Part shown: piece after piece, positions 20,354 to 30,014 of the stretch
Layout: every line of letters begins with the position of its first letter
How positions within the stretch are numbered: the first letter of the stretch is position 1
Sequence record: PP355766.1
DNA length: 64,000 nucleotides
Reading direction: 5' to 3' (one strand)
Notes under the pieces: generated by a model
What the model saw: only the letters and a program-made list of their open reading frames with translations
What the model was told of the DNA's origin: nothing
Database searches by the model: none
Made by a program: the position numbers and the translations under genes

Positions 20354-21142
20354 ATGAAAACTTTAACCGAGATTATCTCTGCACTTGTTGAAGAAAATCG
20401 TGTAGCCCGCCAAGCACACCGAGCGAAAGTTGAAAAACGCGCCGAGGAGTTGAATGCTGGATGGGCGAAGACCCGCTTCGGTCGTGAATACTTTGATAAA
20501 GTGGTAGCTCCTACTTGGGGCAAAGACGATCGTCCTCATGCTCCCTTTGATGGTTATCTTTGGGAAAATGAATTAGGTGAAGTTGAAGCTTATCACGCAG
20601 GCAGTTACTTGCCGTATGTTACAGAATTGGATTCACTGGATAAGCCTGAGTATACCGGTGACCACGGTTGGTGGAAAATCCGCTTAACTCAAGAAGAGTA
20701 CAAAGAACTTCGGGAGTATGGTTATCCTCTTGAAGTACGCATTCCATATAAAGAATGGAAATTGCAAGATGACACAGATGTTGTTATGGCAGAAGTTAGA
20801 GCTCATAAGAGCATCTTAGAGGCTATCCAGGAACATTCAAAAGAGGTCTTTGATAATATATTCAATGAGCTGAATAAGAATAAAGGGGATGCACCGGAAG
20901 GACGAGTGACTGTCTCTGGTACCGTAACGTCAGTAAAAGTTTATGAAGACTATTACGGCGTACAATGTAAGATGATGGTTGTGCTTGAGAATGGAGCTAC
21001 GGTTTACGGCTCCCTTCCAAAAAGTATTCCGTTTGAATACAGAGGCAAAGTACAGTTTACTGCTACATTTGAATTAGCGAAAGATGATAAAACTCATGCT
21101 TTCTATAAGCGCCCAAGCAAAGTTATAATGCTTGAGGAATAA
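20354..21142 (+). CDS. Hypothetical early protein with an OB-fold-like C-terminus
   Basis: GGAG RBS before MKTLTEII; C-terminal GRVTVSGTV...YG.LPK...VQFTATF beta-rich pattern. Confidence 0.7.
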   Translation: MKTLTEIISALVEENRVARQAHRAKVEKRAEELNAGWAKTRFGREYFDKVVAPTWGKDDRPHAPFDGYLWENELGEVEAYHAGSYLPYVTELDSLDKPEYTGDHGWWKIRLTQEEYKELREYGYPLEVRIPYKEWKLQDDTDVVMAEVRAHKSILEAIQEHSKEVFDNIFNELNKNKGDAPEGRVTVSGTVTSVKVYEDYYGVQCKMMVVLENGATVYGSLPKSIPFEYRGKVQFTATFELAKDDKTHAFYKRPSKVIMLEE

Positions 21143-21154
21143 TTGTTGTATAAT
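21127..21154 (+). promoter_or_regulatory. Middle promoter
   Basis: AATGCTTGA, then 13 nt, then TATAAT. Confidence 0.65.
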
Positions 21155-21212
21155 GGGTTCAGGGAGATTTTGAGATACTCTTTGAGCCCAGTCCAAAATA
21201 GAGGAAAAGATA

Positions 21213-22187
21213 ATGAATAAGAATGAATTAAAGATGTTTGTAGCCGGTGAATTTGATAAGCACAACAGAAAAGGACTGTCAAAGCGTGAAAAGCACGTAA
21301 AGGTTCTGGCAGCTTTACATGATTTAAATCCAGCTGCTTATAATGTAGCAATTGCTGGTAACGTAGCTCGTCGTGTTCTAAATAGCATGGCAGCACATGA
21401 AGCCAATTATGCTGGTTTTGTTGTAGAAAACATTCGTCGTTCTCGCTGGTTAGGTGCAATGTCAGCAGAGAAACAGCTCAAAAAGTTTGCTATCGGCAAT
21501 GCTAAAATTTACGGTCAGCGTTATAGCTTTGCGGCAGGGGCGTTTAAAACTGAAGAAAGACATGACCGCAGCGCTGCTCAAATCTTCTGTTCTGAATTTA
21601 ATGCAAACCTGCGCCGTATTCTTAATCGTTCAATTTGCTTACTTAAAGGCGATGAGCGTGTGAAATACCAGGTATCTTCTACTAGTTCTAGAAATCCTAA
21701 GGGTGTTTCATTTATTCGTGCCGAAGAGCTTGACAATGTAACTGTACGAATTCATATTAATAGCCATTTGTCCAGCGGAAAGTATCCGGCTCGGGCGCTT
21801 TTAGCGCAAGTTCGTACTGCATTAGAACATATGGATGTAGTTAAAAAATCGTGCTGTAAACAGCAAGGTGAAAACTCATCTGTTCTTGAAGTACATTTGG
21901 ACCCATTTAAGATTTTTCCTAAAACATTGAGCACCACCCCAGTTATTGATGAAGATGTAGCACATATGTATCTCAATGTTGTTAAGCCTCTTCCGTTAAC
22001 ACCAGTAAATCATATCGAAATCGCTAAGAATAGTATTACTGCCGAAATGGAATCGGTTAAGCGGTTTATTGATACAAAAGAAGCTGAATTAAGTAAGCAT
22101 GAATTGATGATGGCAGATTTAGTCAAATCGCTTAACGAGTACAAAGAGCGGTATGAATCTCTCGAGTATGCCCGGAGCTTACTGTGA
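21213..22187 (+). CDS. Hypothetical protein (nrdC.x region), C-terminal coiled coil
   Basis: 324-aa ORF with RBS; position upstream of nrdC. Confidence 0.75.
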   Translation: MNKNELKMFVAGEFDKHNRKGLSKREKHVKVLAALHDLNPAAYNVAIAGNVARRVLNSMAAHEANYAGFVVENIRRSRWLGAMSAEKQLKKFAIGNAKIYGQRYSFAAGAFKTEERHDRSAAQIFCSEFNANLRRILNRSICLLKGDERVKYQVSSTSSRNPKGVSFIRAEELDNVTVRIHINSHLSSGKYPARALLAQVRTALEHMDVVKKSCCKQQGENSSVLEVHLDPFKIFPKTLSTTPVIDEDVAHMYLNVVKPLPLTPVNHIEIAKNSITAEMESVKRFIDTKEAELSKHELMMADLVKSLNEYKERYESLEYARSLL

Positions 22188-22444
22188 AAAATCAATTAAA
22201 AGAAGACATGGTCGTTGATGATAACGACCTTGAAATTGAGTTTGAGTATCCACCTGTACCTGAATTTAAAATTGACTGGGATGCCTGTCTTGAAATGGTA
22301 GACCGTCGAGAAGCTGCAGCTAAACAAGTTGTGCCTTGTGAAAAATGTGGTAGTATTCAAGTACAGCTTGTTGATTGGACAACCGATATTCTGAAAATGA
22401 AATGTCGGACTTGTAAGCATAAATTTGAGAGAAAATTAAAATGA
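22184..22444 (+). CDS. Zinc-ribbon protein, nrdC.2-like
   Basis: MVDRRE...CEKCGSIQVQLVDW...KCRTCKHKF resembles T4 NrdC.2. Confidence 0.7.
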   Translation: MKNQLKEDMVVDDNDLEIEFEYPPVPEFKIDWDACLEMVDRREAAAKQVVPCEKCGSIQVQLVDWTTDILKMKCRTCKHKFERKLK

Positions 22445-22755
22445 TTACTAAAACTATTACTGGTGCTAATACTAAGTTTTTTGTCGAGTATGCTAATAAC
22501 CTCATAAAAGACAAAAACTTTGATAACATCATTGCAGATATGATTCTTGACGCATACGAAAGTGGCATCGACCCTATGCAGCTTAAAGAATATCTTCGAG
22601 CGACAATGGATTTTACAGTTCTTAACATGATGCTTAGAACTGATACTGAATTCAATGAAATGATTGCTCGTCGTAATGAAGGCAAGTTCAATTTGACTGA
22701 TGACGAAGTATTAGCGTGTGCTGCTCACGAAGCTTGGAAGAAGGTGATTAAATGA
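22441..22755 (+). CDS. Hypothetical protein
   Basis: 104 aa; ATGA coupling on both sides. Confidence 0.7.
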   Translation: MITKTITGANTKFFVEYANNLIKDKNFDNIIADMILDAYESGIDPMQLKEYLRATMDFTVLNMMLRTDTEFNEMIARRNEGKFNLTDDEVLACAAHEAWKKVIK

Positions 22756-23084
22756 AAACCACTGGCGCGCTTTGGAAAGAATTTTATAACGATGAAGCCT
22801 TCTGGGAAGGCTATTATCATGATGACACTTTAATACTCTTTGATGATGTTGAAGTAGAAGAATATGAAGACCCTTCGCCTGATGCGGTAGTAAAAATTGA
22901 AAGCGGATATGTTTACAAAACCGATGATTTCTTCACTTCCCATGATTTGAGTCTTGCAACTTTCTTTAAACGTTGGAAAAAGAAACAGACCGCTCGCACT
23001 ATTGTAGTCACTGTTGATAAAGATAACTTTGACGAAGTATTTGAAACTATCTCTAATATTCCTGGAGTGAAAAAGGTAAAATGA
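22752..23084 (+). CDS. Hypothetical protein
   Basis: 110 aa; coupled. Confidence 0.7.
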   Translation: MKTTGALWKEFYNDEAFWEGYYHDDTLILFDDVEVEEYEDPSPDAVVKIESGYVYKTDDFFTSHDLSLATFFKRWKKKQTARTIVVTVDKDNFDEVFETISNIPGVKKVK

Positions 23085-23593
23085 TTGACATTAAATTAGA
23101 TACTTATGCAGTACGCCAGTTATTCCCAGAAGGTACAGCAGCCCGTGCTCAACTGCAGCAGTCAGTAATCAATAACATCGTTAAAGAAATGGTGTTAAAA
23201 GATTCCCAGAATAAGCTGAAACAAGCGGTACAATCTGAAGTTAATATTGCTGCTGTGACTATTCCAGATGTCCGAGCAGAAGTTAAGAAGCAAGTTCAGC
23301 AGATGTTCCATACTCGCGGTTGGAATGATATGTCTGCTAAAGAAGAAATGTCACAGATGATGCGTAACGCTGCCCAATCATGCGCTAAAAATGCTATTGA
23401 TGATATGGTTCGTCAAACTATTGATGACGCTGTTAAGCAAGCTGAAGGTCGTATTAAGATGTCTATTGAAAGAGCTAATCTCCGAATTCAAGAAATCATT
23501 GTTAACGCAATGAATAAGAATTTCGCTGATCAAATTAACGCTGCCATTGCTGCTAAATTGGCAGAACACTTCCCGGTAACTGCTAATGGATAA
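23081..23593 (+). CDS. Hypothetical helical protein
   Basis: 170 aa, Ala/Gln-rich; coupled. Confidence 0.7.
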   Translation: MIDIKLDTYAVRQLFPEGTAARAQLQQSVINNIVKEMVLKDSQNKLKQAVQSEVNIAAVTIPDVRAEVKKQVQQMFHTRGWNDMSAKEEMSQMMRNAAQSCAKNAIDDMVRQTIDDAVKQAEGRIKMSIERANLRIQEIIVNAMNKNFADQINAAIAAKLAEHFPVTANG

Positions 23594-23759
23594 AATTGAT
23601 TTTAGCAAATTAAATATTCCTCGCATGGGAATTCCTGATGATATTGCCAAGCAATTAGCTAGCGTTCAACCAATGCCAGATAATTGCATCAAAGATATTC
23701 TCGATGCTTTAGATGGTAAAACATTAGTTATAACTACTAAGGCTGAAAATGGCTCGTAA
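23586..23759 (+). CDS. 57-aa hypothetical protein
   Basis: MDKIDFSKLNIPRMGIPDDIAKQLASVQPMPDN...; fills the gap exactly; not in the ORF track. Confidence 0.6.
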   Translation: MDKIDFSKLNIPRMGIPDDIAKQLASVQPMPDNCIKDILDALDGKTLVITTKAENGS

Positions 23760-24039
23760 ACGATATATGGAAGAAGCCGAACGAGTAATGCTACTCATGT
23801 ATTCGGTTTATTATAATGAGACTGGTCAAATTGCTAACAGTTCCAATCTCAAAGGAGCTATGACCCGTGGAAGAAATTTTGCCCAAGCTGCAATTGATGG
23901 CGAAGTCACTAAGCGCCTTGGAATGATTAACGTTTATAAAGCGTATAAACACCCGAGTTGGAACCAAGTTCAAGCTCAAGTATTTAAGGAAATAGAAGAA
24001 GATGTTCACGGTTTTTGGTTACGACAGCAACATCCATAA
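23749..24039 (+). CDS. nrdC.1: nrdC.1-like hypothetical protein
   Basis: RKRYMEEAE...YYNE...LKGAMTR resembles T4 NrdC.1; immediately upstream of nrdC. Confidence 0.65.
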   Translation: MARKRYMEEAERVMLLMYSVYYNETGQIANSSNLKGAMTRGRNFAQAAIDGEVTKRLGMINVYKAYKHPSWNQVQAQVFKEIEEDVHGFWLRQQHP

Positions 24040-24271
24040 GTGTGTATTTTGCGATAACGCAAAACGTCTGCTCGACGTTAAGAAGCAAGAATATGCATTC
24101 ATCAATGTAATGCCAGAAAAAGGTGTATTTGATGAAGTGGTTATCAGTGATTTGCTTCGCCGTTTAGGTCGTGAATCACAGGTTGGATTAACTATGCCTC
24201 AGATTTTTGCTCCTGACGGTACACATATCGGCGGTTTTGATGAACTCCGTAAATTCAAATTCAATGCATGA
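24002..24271 (+). CDS. nrdC: Thioredoxin/glutaredoxin NrdC
   Basis: GYDSNIHKCVFCDNAKRLL (CxxC), TMPQIFAPDG.HIGGFD. Confidence 0.95.
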   Translation: MFTVFGYDSNIHKCVFCDNAKRLLDVKKQEYAFINVMPEKGVFDEVVISDLLRRLGRESQVGLTMPQIFAPDGTHIGGFDELRKFKFNA

Positions 24272-24439
24272 TTATCGTGGAACCCTCCTTCGGGAGGGTG
24301 ATATTGTAGCTCTTTATTATGGCTATGGCGGATTAGAAACGGGCGAGATTAAACAAATCAAAAATCATCGAGCAAAGGTAGAGGTAACTTACTCTAATGG
24401 AGTTAAAGTTATGTCTAAATGGAAATACGGCGAGTGTTT
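24264..24439 (+). pseudogene. Hypothetical protein cut at the junction near 24437
   Basis: MHDYRGTLLREGDIVALY...KYGECF, then runs into antisense gp36 sequence. Confidence 0.55.
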
Positions 24440-24598
24440 TGACACAAAGTCGTTATCATCTGCTTGAGGTTTATCTATCTCAGTATAAACCTTTTTACCT
24501 CTATAAGTTAGGGAGTTTCCTGCCGGCACAAGAGGAAAAGTACCTGCGTGCCAAATAGGATTTCCACCAACTGTTGAACCTGCTTTTAAATCGGCCAT
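24437..24598 (-). pseudogene. 36: Long tail fibre gp36, first ~54 codons
   Basis: MADLKAGSTVGG...KPQADDNDFVSK matches the T4 gp36 N-terminus; cut at the junction. Confidence 0.88.
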
Positions 24599-24621
24599 AG
24601 TTTATCCTCTTATATATTTTC

Positions 24622-24629
24622 TATTTATA
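24622..24629 (-). promoter_or_regulatory. Late promoter for gp36
   Basis: TATAAATA on the minus strand. Confidence 0.85.
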
Positions 24630-24631
24630 CG

Positions 24632-24655
24632 AAAAAAGGAAGCCCGAAGGCTTCC
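24632..24655 (-). terminator. Terminator after gp35
   Basis: GGAAGCC-TTCG-GGCTTCC-TTTTTT on the minus strand. Confidence 0.9.
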
Positions 24656-25792
24656 TTAGTCTGATGTTTCTCTGAACGATTGAACTGGAATAACACCACT
24701 CGGATCGACTTTTGAATTTGGAAGTTCCATAATCATAGTGGTTCCTCCTTCAACGCCTTTATTCATTCTTATGCCATTCACACCAAACTCTTGAACAACG
24801 CTATTCAGTTTTTCGCTGTGAGAGGTTTGAACAAATACAAGGTTTTTGATTTTAGAATCACCAACTACAGACGTTTTTGGATATCTTGATACCACAATAG
24901 TAAATCCATCAGCGTCCGTAGGAACAGCGGTAAATCTTTCAAATCTTAACCATCTATCAGCTCCATTTTTTGGAATTTCTAATGATACGTTTGAAGATAA
25001 TAAAGATGTGCCCTTGAACCACCGCAAGCTAGCTCTAGTAGTAGAACCTGCATCAAGAAGGCTTTTAGATGCATACATATCACACACTAAAAACACCGAA
25101 TCCCCGGGAGATAATCCATAATCAGCGATTTTGCTTATAGATTCATTTTGAACTGGATATCGCTTATATTCATATCCAGTAGAATCCGAGTACTCATTAG
25201 TGTCTTCAATGGAACGATAAGGGCAACCTGTATATCCTACATCGCCAACGTTATCATACACTGTATCGACTTTAGCTCTGGAATCTTCTTTGACTACGCC
25301 ATCATTTCCGTAAAATGACTCAATTAATATACGTCCTTTTGCTGCTCCGAGCACTCCAACATAGGCGGAGTTTGGAAATGATTTAGAAAAGTCAGAACCT
25401 GGCCAAGAAGCAGACCACTTGTTTTTAAACCATCTATCTATCAACGGACTAGACTGAAATCGTTCATGCGTCATTATAATATACAATCCCGAAGTTAATC
25501 CATTTGCATATTCTACAAACGCTTTGTTATTAGCGTTGTTATCATCAGTGGTAACATCAAAAGTTTTAAAGTTAATAAAACTATTGCCGTTAACCTGAAC
25601 GACATTAATCCCCCTCCGTAAGGAGGAGGTCATATCAAAGGCACCATTAATATTCAATTCTGGCTTATTAGGAACAGCATTAGAATGCGTAGCATAAGCT
25701 TTTAGCCAATACTTCACAGAGTTTGCCTCAGAGAGGATTCGTGTTTCCACGAAATCCTCGCCGAAGGCTGCCATTAAAATTGGTTCAGCCAT
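24656..25792 (-). CDS. 35: Long tail fibre hinge gp35
   Basis: MAAFGEDFVETRILSEANSV start; 378 aa; between gp34 and gp36. Confidence 0.92.
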   Translation of the reverse strand: MAEPILMAAFGEDFVETRILSEANSVKYWLKAYATHSNAVPNKPELNINGAFDMTSSLRRGINVVQVNGNSFINFKTFDVTTDDNNANNKAFVEYANGLTSGLYIIMTHERFQSSPLIDRWFKNKWSASWPGSDFSKSFPNSAYVGVLGAAKGRILIESFYGNDGVVKEDSRAKVDTVYDNVGDVGYTGCPYRSIEDTNEYSDSTGYEYKRYPVQNESISKIADYGLSPGDSVFLVCDMYASKSLLDAGSTTRASLRWFKGTSLLSSNVSLEIPKNGADRWLRFERFTAVPTDADGFTIVVSRYPKTSVVGDSKIKNLVFVQTSHSEKLNSVVQEFGVNGIRMNKGVEGGTTMIMELPNSKVDPSGVIPVQSFRETSD

Positions 25793-28700
25793 TAATCACC
25801 TACCCATTCAAATTTGAGAGTTTGATTTGGACGGTCTGGCCAGATTTTAACTGGACCAAGCTTAATCCATTCCAAAACTTCAAGGGTTTTAACCTGAGTT
25901 GATACTGAGCTTGGAGCTCCGATATCAGCTGCAGTTGGAGGAGTAGCAGATGTAAATACCCGCATCCAATCATCAAACTTATTAAGGTTTGGATTATAAA
26001 TCCTCATCCACACAGTATGCGCGAAACGCTTATCAGCAGTTTCGGTTGTCGGAGGATAAGGTGTCCAAAGCTGATAAGTATTGTTTGTAGTTACACCAAC
26101 CTGAGTTAAAACACCGCCAGCAGCAGTCTTTTCTTCATATCCGGTCACTACTAAAGTGCTTGGGTTAGCAGGGTCAATCGGTGTTCTGATTGGAACCATA
26201 TAACCGCGAAGACCTTTCAATTTAGTAGCGTCTTTGATTTCAGCAGTCCAAGAACCTTGTCTTATTACAGTTTCATTCGTTGGTACATACCACGATTCAG
26301 AACCCGTAATGACGATAGCCGAACTATTTATGTTAAGATTGCCGGTCATTGTATCACCAGCTTTCTTGACATAACGGCCATCAGCTAATCTTGCGTAGTT
26401 TTTGGTAGTTAAAATTGGATACGATCCAGTTGAATCCTGTGCAAAAATTTGTGTATCAGCGTCACGGGAACGAATAAATGCGGACTGTGATTGGGCACCG
26501 AATATTGAATTCAATCCCTCAACAGCAAGCATCTGAACGTCCTTAACCATAACAGTTCCGCCAACTATTGCATTTCCAGAAGACCTCAGAGTTTTAGTTG
26601 ACACTTCGTTAGGAACTTCTAACGTACCGTTACCGCCAAATACATAAGTTTGACTTGTAGCAGTAGTTCCAGTTCCGTTTTTGACACGAATTTTTAAAGT
26701 TCCAGCTGAAGCAGTTTGCGGCTCAGCATAAATTATACCGCGTTCAGTTCCGTCTCTATTCTGAAAACGAACATGCACATTTCCGGTGTCAGCAGTTGGT
26801 GAAATTTTAACTTCACCACCATTAGCATATATAATATTCTGGACAGAAATATTATTGCTAAATGAAGTGTCCTGACTAAATGACCAAGCTCCAGAAATAG
26901 TCTGCGCTATATCGCGACGAGCATATTTGTCTGGGGTTTGACCACCTAACATTCCTGTGTCATAGGCTTTACCGAGACGAGGCAAGTAATGTTTCAGTGT
27001 AAGGTTCAATTCATACGGAGACACTGCGACGCCCTTAGAGGCATACCCGTTATCCGGAAGAGTTGAGCCATTGGTATCATTACCTTTCCACGTTCCATCG
27101 CCTGTAGATAGTCTCACGGTCCCTCTAACGCTGTCTGTAGCTTGCCATGACTCTGTTACCTGAATAGTCTGTTTCAAGTAAGCAGGAGGAACAATTCTAT
27201 CACTTAATGTGCCTGCATCAACTTGTGCCTGTGTAGCATACTGAGCAAGACCGATAGCTCCTTCAGTTGCTGTTTTAGCATGTAGCGTGGCAGCAGTAAC
27301 TATTTTCTTGGCGTCGGTGCCGGTTCTAACCTCAGCAGCAGTTGCAAGAGTAGTTGTGCCTCTTTGAGAAGTACTTGCTTCCTGTATGTTGATGGTATAA
27401 TGGTCCCAGAGGTTCCCAGTAATAGTTAAGCCAGAACTAGTATTAACTTGGATACGATCGGTATTAGCAAATTTATCGAACAGTAATTTAGGGTTTACCA
27501 TTACTGTACTTGAAGTACCAGCTTCAAATTCACCCTGGGCACCAGGTGTCGCGAAGCGAGCAATACCAGTACGATCGTTAGTTGCTGTACGGTCATTTAA
27601 CGTTTTAGGTGTAACTGCTTTATTAGTCACGCCGCCAGCATTAACTTCCGTCTGTGTAGCTATTTGGATTAATCCAATTGCTCCGTCAGTAGCAACTTTT
27701 TTATGCAAAGCTTCCGGCGTAACAACAGTAGGAATATTTGAAGAAGCCGGAGTTCCGTTTCTAACTTCGCTATCAGTTGCTAACCAAACTATTCCTGACT
27801 GATTTACAGTAGCTTTATACTCACGAAGAGTTTTTGGAGTAACCGCATTTTTGTAATCAGAATGATCGAATATACCAGTGCCAGGAGAAGAACGATCAGC
27901 AGTTGTGTTAGGAGCACCACCAGTTTTTACTAACTGAATAACACCTAACCGTGAATCCGACGTAGTACGATAAAGCAACTTCTTAGGAGTAACAATTGTA
28001 AAATCGTCTGTTCCTGCATCCATTTTAGCATTAGACGCAATTTCAGCTAAACCTCTACGAGTTTCAGTAGCAGCTCTTTCGTTAAGCTTTTTAGGAGTAA
28101 CGATTACATTATCCAAGTAAGAAGCAGTTGTTGACTGATTAACTTCGCTGGAAGTTGCAATTCTTGCTATACCAGTTTGGGTTTCAGTAGAACGACGTCC
28201 ATTTAAGGTTTCTGGCGTAATTGCTAATTCTTTTTCTGGATTTGACTCCGCATTAGCTTGAGCCTGCGTAGCAAGAGCAATAACACCTAATCGAGCTCTA
28301 GTTGTATTGTCTTTAGCATCAACTCGTTCTACGGTAGGGTCAGATTCAGTTACAATCCAATAGCTTTTTCCGGATGCTTTATCTTCAATATATGCAAGTC
28401 CAAGAACAGGAACATACGAAGTAGTTCCGTTAAAGGTAATTGAGCTTGATTGCACCCATGCTGCATCAGGTGGATACTCTGAGCGTTTTGGAAATTGCAG
28501 TAAATTCAAATTACTTGCGATGGTATCACCATCAGAAGCTTTAATTACTACAGTCTGTCCTTTGCGCATGTAATTCATTGCGATTGTGACAGTATCCCCA
28601 ACAGCTACGTCTGTAGGCAAAGTAACGTTAATTGTTTTAACGGTATTGTTATCTGCGCCAAATACAGAAATATGCTCATTAGGCATTAAAGTAACGTCAG

Positions 28701-29637
28701 AAGTAATTATTCTTACTCGGGTGCGTAAATCATTTTCAAAAATACGCCAGATTTTGTCAATCGAGTCATATACCAAAAATCCGGTGCCTGAAGTACGTAC
28801 TTGAACCTCTGTTTGTCCAGGAGTCCCAATTGAGATAGTTGGGTCAAACGTACGCACAGTCATATGGTTAATCGGCGATGTACCATCAAGGTCAGTAAAA
28901 TTGATGATATCGTTTGAATTAGCGAACAACGGCAGAGTAATGAAAATCTCTGAGTTGGAAGTATAACGACGAACTACGTTATCACCTGACTGAACCTGGG
29001 TTGGAACAATCCCGTTCGGAACTACCATCTTGGCAGTATCGCCAAAATCGGTTAAACTCGCACGCCATGCACCGTTACTAAACGTAAGCATAATTTGTGA
29101 ATACGGACGTGTAAGTCTTACCTCACGCAGACGCGATTCACCAAATACGATAGACGCACCAGTATCTTGTGCTTTAATTAAGATTCCGTTATAGCCAGGA
29201 CGCCCGCCAATATCACGAACTACGATAGTATCGCCTTCATCTGGTGCTAACGGAAGCAGTAATGTAGCATTACCGGCAGCGTTAGAGTCAACGTTGATGA
29301 ACTGACCAGATTGAATTTCAAACTCTCCTTTACGGACGGTATAAATCCAGTTCGGGTCAACACGTAAAGAAGTCCAATTCGCCTGGTTAAAATCTCCAGC
29401 AGGCTTTGGAATATCTTTATTTGCAATCCAGATACGACGTCCATAAGTCACAGCAAAATCAGTGAGATACCCACGCGTCGGGTCATATTTTTGGATAGTG
29501 TTTTCTTGAATAACGTACTCGACGGAGACGCCGTCGGTTTTAACGTTGCGGTCAGCTAGTGCCACATTTATAACTTTATTTCCGCCTGCGTCCAAGCCGT
29601 TCGTTGCACGGAAATGTTGTTTCAGTAAATCGCTCAT
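25792..29637 (-). CDS. 34: Proximal long tail fibre gp34
   Basis: True start MSDLLKQHFRATNGLDAGG at 29637; RLGVIALATQAQ and repeated G.a.IAT..EV...VTP..L motifs; about 1281 aa. Confidence 0.95.
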   Translation of the reverse strand: MSDLLKQHFRATNGLDAGGNKVINVALADRNVKTDGVSVEYVIQENTIQKYDPTRGYLTDFAVTYGRRIWIANKDIPKPAGDFNQANWTSLRVDPNWIYTVRKGEFEIQSGQFINVDSNAAGNATLLLPLAPDEGDTIVVRDIGGRPGYNGILIKAQDTGASIVFGESRLREVRLTRPYSQIMLTFSNGAWRASLTDFGDTAKMVVPNGIVPTQVQSGDNVVRRYTSNSEIFITLPLFANSNDIINFTDLDGTSPINHMTVRTFDPTISIGTPGQTEVQVRTSGTGFLVYDSIDKIWRIFENDLRTRVRIITSDVTLMPNEHISVFGADNNTVKTINVTLPTDVAVGDTVTIAMNYMRKGQTVVIKASDGDTIASNLNLLQFPKRSEYPPDAAWVQSSSITFNGTTSYVPVLGLAYIEDKASGKSYWIVTESDPTVERVDAKDNTTRARLGVIALATQAQANAESNPEKELAITPETLNGRRSTETQTGIARIATSSEVNQSTTASYLDNVIVTPKKLNERAATETRRGLAEIASNAKMDAGTDDFTIVTPKKLLYRTTSDSRLGVIQLVKTGGAPNTTADRSSPGTGIFDHSDYKNAVTPKTLREYKATVNQSGIVWLATDSEVRNGTPASSNIPTVVTPEALHKKVATDGAIGLIQIATQTEVNAGGVTNKAVTPKTLNDRTATNDRTGIARFATPGAQGEFEAGTSSTVMVNPKLLFDKFANTDRIQVNTSSGLTITGNLWDHYTINIQEASTSQRGTTTLATAAEVRTGTDAKKIVTAATLHAKTATEGAIGLAQYATQAQVDAGTLSDRIVPPAYLKQTIQVTESWQATDSVRGTVRLSTGDGTWKGNDTNGSTLPDNGYASKGVAVSPYELNLTLKHYLPRLGKAYDTGMLGGQTPDKYARRDIAQTISGAWSFSQDTSFSNNISVQNIIYANGGEVKISPTADTGNVHVRFQNRDGTERGIIYAEPQTASAGTLKIRVKNGTGTTATSQTYVFGGNGTLEVPNEVSTKTLRSSGNAIVGGTVMVKDVQMLAVEGLNSIFGAQSQSAFIRSRDADTQIFAQDSTGSYPILTTKNYARLADGRYVKKAGDTMTGNLNINSSAIVITGSESWYVPTNETVIRQGSWTAEIKDATKLKGLRGYMVPIRTPIDPANPSTLVVTGYEEKTAAGGVLTQVGVTTNNTYQLWTPYPPTTETADKRFAHTVWMRIYNPNLNKFDDWMRVFTSATPPTAADIGAPSSVSTQVKTLEVLEWIKLGPVKIWPDRPNQTLKFEWVGD

Positions 29638-29654
29638 AGAGTCTCCTATGGGGT

Positions 29655-29682
29655 TATGCTTCATTATAGAAGTATTTATAAT
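29655..29682 (+). promoter_or_regulatory. Middle promoter for rnh, overlapping the divergent gp34 late promoter (TATAAATA, minus strand, 29673-29680)
   Basis: TATGCTTCA, 13 nt, TATAAT on plus; TATTTATA on plus equals TATAAATA on minus. Confidence 0.7.
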
Positions 29683-29712
29683 GGCTGTACTAACTAATTG
29701 AACGAGGTTCAA

Positions 29713-29910
29713 ATGTCTGATTTAAATTGCTTATTCGCCGAAGAAGACCAAGTAAAAGAAGGTGTCATTCTGATTGACTTGTCGCAAATCGCAATGGCGA
29801 CAATTCTTCATACGTATAAAGAAGGCGATAAACTAACCACTCCTATGGTTCGTCATCTTATTCTTTCTACTTTAAAATTTAATGCTTTTAAGTGGAAGAA
29901 AGATGGATAT
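29713..29910 (+). pseudogene. rnh: RNase H / 5'-3' exonuclease, first ~66 codons
   Basis: KEGVILIDLSQIAMAT...MVRHLILSTLKFN...GY matches the T4 RNase H N-terminus; divergent from gp34; cut at the junction. Confidence 0.88.
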
Positions 29911-29934
29911 TATCTGTTTGGGTGGTACAGGTCT

Positions 29935-29964
29935 ATAGTATCACCAGCTCGCGAGCTTGTATAC
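29935..29964 (-). promoter_or_regulatory. Early promoter whose downstream gene is lost at the junction
   Basis: GTATAC-18 nt-TACTAT on the minus strand. Confidence 0.65.
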
Positions 29965-29994
29965 TACTTTATGCATTCTTTTGAAACAAAAAGA

Positions 29995-30010
29995 GGAGCC
30001 CGAAGGCTCC
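29995..30010 (-). terminator. Terminator
   Basis: GGAGCC-TTCG-GGCTCC with a T-rich tail on the minus strand. Confidence 0.85.
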
Positions 30011-30014
30011 TCAG

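Noticed and set aside
25792-28300. Periodic repeats in gp34 (G.a.IAT..EV...VTP..L)
   Set aside because: Degenerate protein-level repeats known from T4 gp34; no identical nucleotide repeats with spacers, so not CRISPR or a diversity-generating cassette.
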